From: Macrostomum lignano
Lineage: Eukaryota
Length of the DNA stretch: 64,000 nt
Direction of reading: 5' to 3'
NCBI GenBank assembly: GCA_002269645.1
Contig: NIVC01000819.1
Location: forward strand, 210,328-274,327
Shown: in pieces, positions 21,586 to 32,300 of the stretch
How positions within the stretch are numbered: the first letter of the stretch is position 1
Layout of the letters: every line of letters starts with the position of its first letter
The notes under the pieces: generated by a model
Told to the model about the DNA's origin: nothing
Database searches by the model: none
What the model saw: only the letters and a program-made list of their open reading frames with translations
Position numbers and translations under genes: made by a program

Positions 21586-23433
21586 ATGGCCCGGTTCTCT
21601 CTGCTTTCAGCGATTCTCCTGCACCTTGTGGTTGTCTCCATGCAGCAGGGCGACGATGAGACTCTCGGTGAGATGTCATTGCTTGGCCTTAGGTGCTTCT
21701 TGTGATGTGGGCTATCACACATTTTTTATGGTTTGAAGACCGGTTTCATTTATTTGTGGGATGAGTTCTTGCATGAGGCTAAAATGAAATCTACGAGTAT
21801 TTTTTTATTTAAATCTGTAGTAATGATTTTAATCTGCTTTCTTGTAAAAAGTCTTAAAATCTGTTTACAAGGCGCAAAAATAAACTATAATAATGCTCAG
21901 GTGAGTATTGAGAAGCCAAGCAGTGACCATAGAGACAGTGAGAAGCCAAGCAGTGGTCATAGAGACAGTGAGAAGCCAAGCAGAGGCCAGAGAGACAGTG
22001 AGAACCCATATCTTCCACCACTGCAGCAAAAACTTCTTACACAAGATTTTAAGCTACTCAGCAAGTAGTATAAACCATGCATAGCCGTTGCTGAACCCGC
22101 GCAATCCGCAGACATTCGACAGCGATTCGGCAGCAGCTCGGTGTCGATGATCAACGACCAGATCCAAAGAGAGTTCAACGCCATGTACCTCTACGAGACA
22201 ATGGTAAGTCTTTCCTAATCCCACGCATTTTCAAAGTCGCCACCGACCCAACTTTTTAGTGCTATGTTTATGTTGAACCCTGCGGAGCGTCAGTGGATGC
22301 GAGCGTACCTTGAGCTCACGCTCACCCTCAAGCTTGTTCAAAGTTTGTGGTTGTTTTTTCTAAATACGAGCTAGTTTTGTGTGGGTGGACTCCAGATATT
22401 TTGACATCTGTTTCATTCGATTCAAATCCCTGGCTCAAATTCCAAAGGGCAACTTTGCCGACCGCCCGCCCGCAGGCCAGCTACTTCGGCAGGCCCAGCG
22501 TCGGTCTTCCCGGCTTTACGAAATTCTTGAAGAAAGCCGCCAACAAGGAGCGAGAGCGTGCGCACAAGCTGATCGACTACCTCAACATGCGGGGCGGCCA
22601 CGTCAGGCTGAAGCCAATTACCGTGAGTTCCTGGTCACCTGGTCACCTAACGGATAGCGATAACTTAACACATGATCAATCTAGTCACCTGCTCATGTGA
22701 TACCCTGGTCACTTGATCCTCTGATCTTAGTTCCTGGTGATTATAACAATTTTATATTTATTTTTCAAGTTACAGCTTAAAGCTTCAATGTAGCCCCATA
22801 AATTTATCTTTCTTGCAGCCTCGCAGCAAGTTCGAGTGGTTCTCTGCCTTTGACGCAGCCGAGACGGCTCTTGGCGCCCAGAAGAACATCACGCTGGAGT
22901 TGTACAGACTGCGAGATCGGGCTGACATGGAGAGCGACCCGCATGTGAGTCCTACTGTAGCTGGCTGCTCTGATTGGGTGCAGAATTACCATGTCAAATA
23001 TTGGGGGCATTCCCTGTCAACTTACTAAATTTGTTCTCATGTGTTCGGGGCCTTCTTGTCTTCACGTATTGTTCCAACGGAGCTCATTAGTAAAACCCAA
23101 ACGGTCAAAACGCTACGCTCTGAGGCACGTCGCTGATTGGCTGGGTGGGTCAGCCCTCAGCTGACTCACCCCCAACCTCCGTCCCGACGTGCAGCATGTC
23201 TTCCATTTGCTACAAAAATGCTCACTTCGACTTTACTGAAAATAACTGCATATGCACATATTTTATGCAAAATTGCTACTCAAGTCTTGAACTTTCAGCT
23301 GGTGGACTTCATCGAGTCCGAGTTCCTGACCGAGCAGGTGACGAGCATCCGGGATCTGCGGGAACTCATCGCCCGCCTCAACAAGGCTGGCAGCGGCCTT
23401 GGCGAGCTCATTGTGGACAAGGAGCTCAACTAG
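21586..23433 (+). CDS. Secreted ferritin copy 3, ferroxidase-degenerate (193 aa)
   Basis: Exons 21586-21667, 22112-22203, 22476-22622, 22819-22944 and 23299-23433; open frame. ANKERERAHKL (E61K, H65R) and ALGAQKNI (E107Q). Confidence 0.94.
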
Positions 23434-24329
23434 AGACTGTGGAGATGACTGTGGCAAAGTCGTAGCTGATTTGCCTGACTGTACGAGCTAGGACCAGCAT
23501 TATGACGCTCACGGTTTCAGATAATCGATTATTCAAATTTTTTGATATCAGCGCCATAATTACGAGTGTATTAGCCAAATTACATGTACATGTACCATTG
23601 ATTATCGATTATTTGAACAAAATAATCTGCGGCGAGTCACTCCAGCATAGTCGCATCATAGGATCGACTTATTTCTAATAGAAAATGCATATTTTTATTC
23701 ACCATCTAGTAACGAAATAAACACCTGATTTTACTTCGATGAGTTGATAATTGTTGTTGGCCCGCATTCAATAGAAGTTTCTTTCACCCTGAACGTGATG
23801 CAATGCAAATTGATCGGTTTATCAGTAACAGAACAGCTGTGTTGATGACATGGCTTTTATAATGTGATTTGATGTCTCAATTTGAAAGGTCCAGGTGTGT
23901 AGCAAAAAGGGATCTAGCCATGTTTCCTCATTAACATTCTGAGGTGGAGCTTATGGGTTATGCTTTTGTTAAACTCCACACCTTACGGAAATTTCTAAAG
24001 ATCACTATATCCATACCTACAGTAGAATAGCATCAGCAGAGGTTCATAGACACAGTTATTTGCTCCATTTAGCAGGTCTTAAACAAAGTCGGCTGCGTTA
24101 GCCAGTAGGCAGTCCAATGCCACGGCGTCTTCGAAGTCAATGTCAGATCGTCTGGATGCGCGGTTGAAGCGCGGGTTAACGATGGCGGCAAAGAACTCGC
24201 GAAGCCTATTTCTGAGCGATCGTTCGCAGACTCATCACCTGCCGGTTTAGCGAAACACGCGGCCTGTTGCCCTGCCAGGGCGTGAATGGCGGACAGGCCA
24301 CGCGCCCTCGGGCATCGCGGACACTGCAG

Positions 24330-25612
24330 CAGAGACAGCATGACACCATGCACTGTCATGCTGTGACGCTGTCTTCACCTGCATTCACTGATCTGTTCAA
24401 AGAAGACTTTAGTTTTGAGCTATACCAGAGTGGGTGGCAGGAGGCGCGGATCGACGCGCAGACAACAACAACAACAACACAACAAAATACGCTGTCAGGA
24501 TGGCAAAAGTCAGCGTCACAGGGCGCGCTTCATGGCTTGGGCGCGAACAAAGGCCGCGCCACCGGCAGTGTCCGGGGCGCCGGCGTCAGCCAGCAGACAG
24601 TCAACGTAACGCCGAGTTCGCGCTTGACCTCGCCGGTAGGGTGCCTACAGCGTGAGCAGCAGCACCTCCTGCACCGGCTGTGGCAGTACGACTCGGCGCG
24701 GATGAGATGGCCTGCGAGCTGGAGTCGCCGACGGCGCAGTAGATCGCTTGGACGTGGCAGGCCAGCGCGGCGATAGAGTGCCGCGTTGTTGACTCGCTCG
24801 ACGCCGATGTTGAAGGCGGCGCGCAGCAGGCCAGCGTGCGCCGCATCGACTTGCTGTTCAAGTGAGTCCGTCAGCGTCCAGGTCTCGGCGTTGCACAGCA
24901 GGACGGTCTCGATTACCGCCTGGAACAGCGCCGCCCTCTTGCGGTCCGGTAGGGCCTCGGACTGCAGGACTGCCCTCACAGAACGAAAGGCAGCCCAGGC
25001 AAGCCCGCGGCGGCGTCGCAGGTCCTCGCGAGCGTCTGGAACCAGACCGTCGAGGTAGACGAACTGCTGACATCGCGGGAGCTCGGTCGCCTGCCCGTCA
25101 GCGCCTCGGCAGAAAATTGCAGCCTCGATGTCGTCCGGCACGCAGAGCACAACGGTCTTCTGCGTGTTGACCACCAGGCCGACGCTCGCCGCAACGGCAA
25201 CTAGCCTGTCCAGCTGCCGTTGGGCGCCCTCGACGGTCGAGGACAGCAGGGCGAGGTCGTCAGCGTAGCCAAGCACGCTGAGCCGCTTCTCCGGTTGACG
25301 TCGACCCACGCGTCGCCGCAGCAGAAAGCCGTCGTCGTCGGTAGGAAGAGCAGTCCGCAGCACCCAGTCAAGCACCAGGACGAACAGGAACGGCGCCAGC
25401 GTATCTCCCTGAAGCACTCCGGAGGAGATCTCAAAGGAGTCCTATAGGCCGTCCGGTGTTGTCACAGCAGCTGTCGTATCACGGTACATCGCCATGATGG
25501 CGGAGATCAGCTGCTCAGGCACGTTGTACGCGCAAAGCACCACTGGAAGCACGGCTCTGACAACCGAGTCGAATGCCTTCTTGAAATCGATAAAGATTAG
25601 AATCAGGATCAA
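24330..25612 (-). mobile_element. 5'-truncated RTE-clade LINE
   Basis: IFIDFKKAFDSV...GVLQGDTLAPFLF...LGYADDLALL...VNTQKT RT motifs. One in-frame TAG at about 25444 and a 1-bp deletion at about 24680. (TTG)n run on the minus strand at about 24460-24488. The 3' boundary is approximate. Confidence 0.9.
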
Positions 25613-25792
25613 AGCCTGAGGCGCGCAGATCAGGTGCAGAGCATTCGTTCCGTTCGCGAAGCTGGGTGTTGACCAGGGGGTTCATGAGAATCGCCCGCAG
25701 ACGAATTGCCCGCCGAGATTTGCCCGCAGGAGATTTGCCTGCAATGCTTTTTTCTGTAGCACATTTAGCCATGCGGCAGATTCTGTCTGCAT

Positions 25793-26136
25793 CAGGGGCG
25801 TCACCACCGGGGAGGACAGGGGGGACATTGTCCACCCCAGTAAAAGTTATGGCGGGGGCCATGCCAATGCTTTGTTCCCCCTCCCACCTTTGTTGACCTG
25901 GTACGTTATGGAAATCAATAATTTTGCTTCAGGGCAACAAAACATAATGCTTGCGGCGCCAGAATGAATGCCTGCGGCTCTAAAATGGTGCCTGAGGCGC
26001 CAAAATGATCGCTGACAACACCTACATGTATGATTCTGAAACAATGTACATGTACTGTTGGAAATCTGTCATGTACATGCACATGTACAATTCTTGGCTT
26101 TATCCCCCCACCATAAAATCAATGGCGACGCCCCTG
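25793..26136. mobile_element. hAT-type MITE (344 bp)
   Basis: TIRs CAGGGGCGTCACCA / TGGCGACGCCCCTG (13/14 match); perfect 8-bp TSD GTCTGCAT (25785-25792 and 26137-26144). Confidence 0.88.
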
Positions 26137-28152
26137 GTCTGCATTGCCCCCTAAAATGCTTAGTAAGTCTTATAAAGAGATTTAGGAGACGAAACCGATC
26201 CCCATGGCATATGCAGAAATTACGTCGTAGCTCACCGATGTAACCCCTGCATGTGAGTTTATATAAAAATGAAAACCTACAAGAAAAATCTGAATTTGAT
26301 ATGCAATTTACTATCGAAATGTTTTGATCGGGTAAATCTCATTAAGACTTATTAAGCATTGGGGGGGGGGCAATGCAGACAAAATTTGACCCGTGGCAAA
26401 ATGCGCTGCACGGAAAAAGACTTGATGTGTACAGTAGCAAGAGCTTGGACTTGCGCTCAACAACAAGTCCCCACAGTGAATTCCCGGGTCGTGGCTTTGG
26501 TAAGAGCAAAGAACTTCTTGACTATAGTGTTCCCTGAAATGAACAAGTGGCGTCACCACACGTATCTCGCCAGACGGCCTTGAGCTAGCGAGAGAGTGTG
26601 GCTGGAGTTCAATGGCTCGACCCGAAGCGTGTCCTATATGATGCATGCACAACTGCGAGCTAGATGAAGCTGAGACTCACTGCAATATGAACATGCAGCT
26701 CTTACAATATACTATTGGCGCCACACGAAAGCCACATGGGCAATTAGTATATAGCGTGGCAGCAGCACGCCGAGCGGAAATACACATATAGGATGCCAAT
26801 CTCACTTATTGGTTTCGAGCACACTTGGCGCTCAACACGTCGGCGCTCGCTGTCTGTCCATGCTTAGTCGTGCAGTAGAAGACTCAGCGGTCGCCTGCAG
26901 CAATACTTTGTAGCTTCAGCAATAACTATAACAATTGCCGCAGCTTTTCTAGACAAGTCACAAAGCTTTTAGGCTCCAAATCATTGTGGCACAGCCGTTT
27001 AAAAAATATATTGCTGAAGATGTTGCTTGCTCCTGGCCTGGCAATTGCTGGCAACCGCTGAGTAAAAGAGTTATGTTTTAACGTACTATAACAAATGAAG
27101 TTTTATTTTTAGCTCTAGAATAGCTAGTCCAATTATGTGCCAAAAATTTGACCAAGATTTTTAGCATATTTTTAGAGGATAGTAGTAATGGAGAGATAGG
27201 CCTAGTGGATAATTGCCATTGCAATAATTTTTCCACTTATTCAACCGACCGAACCAACCAAAATTCAGGATAGTGCGAATTAAGATATTATATAAAATTA
27301 AAACCTAAAGTACATTTTGAATGTCCATGATTGCCAATGCCATGACAATCCTTTGGCTTTGATATTTTAGAACCTGCGATGGACAATATTTTAATTATAT
27401 TTTATTTAACTCTCTAATCATAGGAAAATAATTTTCAATCAATCAAAACTTTTCAAGCAATCAAAATTTCCTATGATTGCTTTTTTATGACAATGACAAA
27501 ACACAAAATTTGCCAATCAATTTTTTATACTAGGGGGCCTATGCTACTCTTTTTCTATTATGAAATAAATTATAGCTATAGGTCTAGAATTAGTAAAAAT
27601 ATAGAAGGTAAAATTTAAAGAAGGTACATTTTAGGGCCTAATTTATTTGTGAGATTAAGAATTACTATATATATAGTCATATATCAAACAAAAAGCAAAT
27701 CATAATTAGGCCTATCTTAGGTGAATTTAAAAGTTGTAGCTTTATAATAGGCCTAGAATTTTATATGTAGGCCCCTAATATCATTGTATGTTTTATAATT
27801 ATAAGCTAAGTATTTAAATAATTCATTTAAATATTAGGCCTATAGGCCTAGTTTATATAATAGCCAATAAATATTTTTGTTATAAGCTAGGCCTGGGGCT
27901 AGGCAATAGGCCATATATAGTCTAGGCCTAAGGCTATTTCTAGGCTTATATTGTCAAATTTTACTAATGACATTTATTATTATTTAATTAATTTAATTAA
28001 TTAGTTATTATTTAATATTTTTATAGACTAATAAGCTTATATTAGGCTTATTTATTTGCATTTAATGGGGTGTTAGTTTGTTGTTGTCTATTCTAATAAT
28101 TTGTCTATTAGAGCCTAGGCTAGGCAGACAAAGTTTTGTCTTTCAAAAACTA

Positions 28153-29140
28153 TAAGGGATGTCCAAAAAGTAGTGATACTTTTAACCGTAGCTCTCATTC
28201 TATAGCTTCCTGTGATTAACAAAATTATGAACTGATAGCAGCAAATCTCTTCTACAGACTACTTTTTGAATTTAAAAAATTGATATTAGAGAACAAAAGT
28301 TATACCCATGAAAGTAACAGTACCTACATGAGAGAGTTACACAAATTATAGGCTGAGCTTCACGAGATCCATGCCAAGTAAGCTTCAATGAATTGTTGAT
28401 TTTGGCTTGTCCAACCTGTTAGCAATCTCTCTAATGGTCATTTGGGAGTCCTCATCAAGAAGATCCAGAATGGAGTCCACTAGTATATAAGGTCAATAAA
28501 TCTATGGCCATCCCATCCGATGCTGATCTGCCAAGTCAGTCCTTCCCTTGTTGAACTGCTCAATCCATTGATAAACTGTCATTTTGCTGACCACAGAGGA
28601 TCCGTGCGCAGAGCAAAGTTTAGTGTGAATTTCTGAGGCACTATGGCCAGCGCCCCAAAGAGTAAATATGGTACTTTGCTAAGCAACAACTGAGTGCACA
28701 TCTATGTGTTGTTGTTGAGTATGGGCAATGATGAATGAATTGCAAAATGCAAGCTACTCTGTTTGCAAGTAAAGTAATGAATTTAATGCTTTATATTTCT
28801 GTGCATGATTCTGTCCATTAACAAATTTCAGTCAGTCACAGTGAGCATCATTTTGCAATTGGGCTTTGATATTGCTTAAACAAGACATTTATTGATGCCT
28901 ACTTAATGAATGAGTGCAGAAGTTGACTATTATAAATTTCAATATAATTTGTGTAACTCTATGGTACAGGTACTGTTACTTTCATGGGTATAACTTTTGT
29001 TCTCTAGTATCAATTTTAAAAATTCAAAAAGCAGTCTGTAGAAAAGATTTGCTGATATCAGTTCATAAAATTTTAAATCATAGGAAGCTATAGAACAAGA
29101 GCTATGGTTAAAAGTATCACTACTTTTTGGACACCCCTCG
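28153..29140 (-). mobile_element. Internally deleted mariner derivative with about 198-bp inverted arms
   Basis: Arms 28153-28350 and 28943-29140, flanked by TA. The interior encodes mariner N-terminal HTH motifs SASEIHTKL...KMTVYQWIEQFNKGRTDLADQHRMGWP and EDSQMTIREIANRLDKPKSTIH, with stops. Confidence 0.88.
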
Positions 29141-29614
29141 TATTAGCCTGTTAAATATTAAGAAATGGGGATAAAGATATAAAGTAAAGTAGAGAGCTGC
29201 CCAATAGCTTCTAATTATTACTTTTGTTAAAATGCTATATAGCTATAAGGATATTGGTTTCTTTGAAACTATGCTATAAGACCTAGGGCCTATTGAAGAA
29301 AAATGTTTTAGAAAAGAGATATAATATGCAACAATGTCCAGGGACATGGGGAGGGGGGATAGGGGGGATGTATCCCCCCAAAGAGCCTGACCAAAACTTT
29401 TTTGTTGCCCTTTGTTGCTATACATGCTACCATGTGACTCTGTCATAGCACTTTCACCCTGGTGTATCCCCCCATAGGAAAGTTTGCCAGGTTGCCCCTG
29501 CCTCTAATAACAAATGCAATTATCTGTGAGCAAGCTAACACCTTGTGCACATTACTTGATTGCATGCATTAGCATTATCTCTGCCAATAGAGCTCACTCT
29601 GTACACTTGAAGCC

Positions 29615-32180
29615 ATGCTCAACCGCTGTCGCCTTGTCGCCGCCACCGCTGCTCGCCTCGGCTGCCGTCGGGGCCTGTCATCTGGCGGAGCTCCGCCGCC
29701 ACCCCGGCCCTCCCGCCTGCTGCTGGCTGCCGCTGTCGGCACCGCCGCTGCCGCCGCCACCGTCGCTTTTGTTGATCAGCGCCGGCGCCTTGCCGCCCTG
29801 CCCGGAGGCGCCCTGACCGCCGTCACCGCCGCTGCCGCCTCGGACAATGTCCAGCCAACTGTCTACAGCGAGACCAAGGACCACGCGCTGTACCTCACCA
29901 TCCATTTGGACCCTCGCGCCGATAAGCGGGAGGTGCTTCGCGTTGCTGCCAATCTGCAGAAGCTGGTGGACAAGGTGGGTAAAGATCTTGGGTGCATTCT
30001 TTTGATGTGCCGCCGCATTGAAGTTCTTAGTCCATCACAGTCCTTTGATGTGCCGCCGCTCTCAAATTCATCACAATTCTTTGATGTGCCGCCTGATGTG
30101 CCGCCGATCTCAAGTCCATCACAAAGTCCTTTGATGTGCCGCCGCTCTCAAGTCTATTACAGAGTCATTTGATGTGCCGCCGCTCTCAAGTCTATTACAG
30201 AGTCATTTGATGTGCCGCCGCTCTCAAGTCCATCACAGAGCCCTTTGGTGTGCCGCCTCTCTCAAGTCCATCACAGAGCCCTTTGGTGTGCCGCCTCTCT
30301 CAAGTCCATCACAGAGCCCTTTGATGTGCCGCCTCTCTCAAGTCCATCACAGAGCCCTTTGATGTGCCACCGCTCTTGTCTTAACCTTCTTTCACACCCC
30401 CACCCATCCCAGGTGTGCCCACCGGATCTGCGGGATGAATCTGACGAGACCTGGGCGGGCGTGGGCTTCGGCTACAGCTTCTACCGGGCCGCTGTCGGCC
30501 AGTCGGGCAGCGCCGCCTCCGTGGACTTCAGCTATCCGCACAGGCGCGGGGCTCTGGGCGAACTGCCGAGCACTGGCGGCGATTTGTTCATCCACGCCAA
30601 GTCTAACCAGGTGCGTTTCTGCGCTGCCACAGGGTCAGAAATCACCAGATGATTCATTTGTGTGGATTTATAAAGTTCTTGTTGCACTTTTAGCTAAGCA
30701 GACACTGTATTCCACTAGGGAGCCAGTGAGAGTGGCCATTGGGGATGAAAATGGTACAGTTAATTTCTATCTCGGCTGCACCCAGGTGAGCAAGCTGTTT
30801 GAGCTGTGCCAAGCCGTGACGGCCGCCATGCCCAAGGGCTCGGTCCGCTCATTCGAGGACATCTACAGCTTCGTGTACCGGAACGGGCGCGACCTTAGCG
30901 GCTTCATCGACGGCACGGAGAACGCGGCTGACGAGGAGAGTCGCAAGCAGATCGCTGTGGCCCGGGGCGGCGGCAGCTTCGTCATCACGCAGCGCTGGAT
31001 TCACGACCTGGCCAAGATCCGGGACTCCAAGCCGGCCGAGCTGGAGAGCTTCGTTGGCCGGGACATCACGGACAGCACCGAGCTGCGGCGCAAGTCCATC
31101 TCTTCTCACGTGGCCAGGATGACTGGGGGCAACGCCTTCGAGCAGAAGAAGCAGTTCGAGATTGTGCGCCAATCCATGCCTTATGGGTGAGGATTGACGG
31201 CCATGCTTGGACCCGCTTCTCAGGGCGGTTCCCGATTGGTGTCAGGGTGATTCCCGATTAGTGTCAGGGCGATTCCCGATTGGTGTCAGGGCGATTCCCG
31301 ATTGGTGTCAGGATGATTCCCGATTGGTGTCAGGGCGATTCCCGATTGGTGTCAGGATGATTCCCGATTGGTGTCAGGGCGATTCCCGATTGGTGTCAGG
31401 GCGATTCCCGATTGGTGTCAGGGTGATTCCCAATTGGTGTTAAGGCGATTCCCGATGGGTGTCAGGATGATTCCCGATTAGTGTCAGGGCGATTCCCGAT
31501 TAGTGTCAGGGCGATTCCCGATTGGTGTCAGGGCGATTCCCGATTGGTGTCAGGATGATTCCCGATTGGTGTCAGGGCGATTCCCGATTGGTGTCAGGGC
31601 GATTCCCGATTGGTGTCAGGGTGATTCCCAATTGGTGTTAAGGCGATTCCCGATGGGTGTCAGGATGATTCCCGATTAGTGTCAGGGCGATTCCCGATTA
31701 GTGTCAGGGTGATTCCCGATTAGTGTCAGGGCGATTCCCGATTAGTGTCAGGGTGATTCCCGATTGGTGTCAGGGCGATTCCCGATTGGTGTCAGGATGA
31801 TGATTCCCAATTGGTGTCAGGGCGATTCTCGATTAGTGTCAGGGTGATTCCCGATGGGTGTCAGGGCGATTCCCGATTAGTGTCAGGATGATTCCCAATT
31901 GGTGTCAGGGCGATTCCCCATTGTTGTCCGGCCGATTCCCTATTCTCAGTCGCACCTGCAATCGCCAAGCCGCTCCCCAACCCCCAGCACGGTGTCCGGC
32001 GAGTCCGGTCTGTTCTTCATCGCCTACGCGGCCAGCCCGGACAACTTCAACTTCATGCTGGACCGCATGGTCGGCAAGGGCAGCGACTCGCACTCCGACG
32101 ACATCATGCGGATCACCCGCTGCGTGGCTGGCAACTACTGGTACTTCCCGCCCACCTCTGAGCTGGCCAAGTTCGCCTGA
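29615..32180 (+). CDS. DyP-type (dye-decolourising, YfeX-like) haem peroxidase with N-terminal targeting extension (383 aa)
   Basis: Exons 29615-29974, 30413-30610, 30786-31186 and 31988-32180, GT-AG and phase-compatible. Family motifs PSTGGDLFIH, GRDLSGFIDGTEN (GxxDG distal Asp), SFVITQRWIH, VGR, SHVARM (proximal His), IVRQSMPYG (distal Arg), GLFFIAY and GNYWYFP. Confidence 0.94.
30000..30375. repeat. 38-bp minisatellite in DyP intron 1
   Basis: About 9 imperfect units of CTTTGATGTGCCGCCGCTCTCAAGTCCATCACAGAGCC. Confidence 0.92.
31225..31920. repeat. 22-bp minisatellite (GATTCCCGATTGGTGTCAGGGC)n in DyP intron 3
   Basis: About 31 units. Confidence 0.95.
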
Positions 32181-32214
32181 GTGAGCTGGCCTGAGGCGGC
32201 AACCTGATACTGAA

Positions 32215-32300
32215 TAGAGATAGAGATAGATAGAGAGATAGATACATAGATACATAGATACATAGACACATAGATAGATACATAGATAGATAGATGATAG
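32215..32300. repeat. (ATAG/ATAC)n microsatellite downstream of DyP
   Basis: Visible tetranucleotide run. Confidence 0.9.

Noticed and set aside
29339-29500. MITE-like segment with CAGGG...CCCTG ends upstream of DyP
   Set aside because: TIRs are short and imperfect and no TSD was found; insufficient support.
29615-32180. DyP as bacterial contamination
   Set aside because: Three spliceosomal introns, two filled with host-style minisatellites, and contiguity with host genes.
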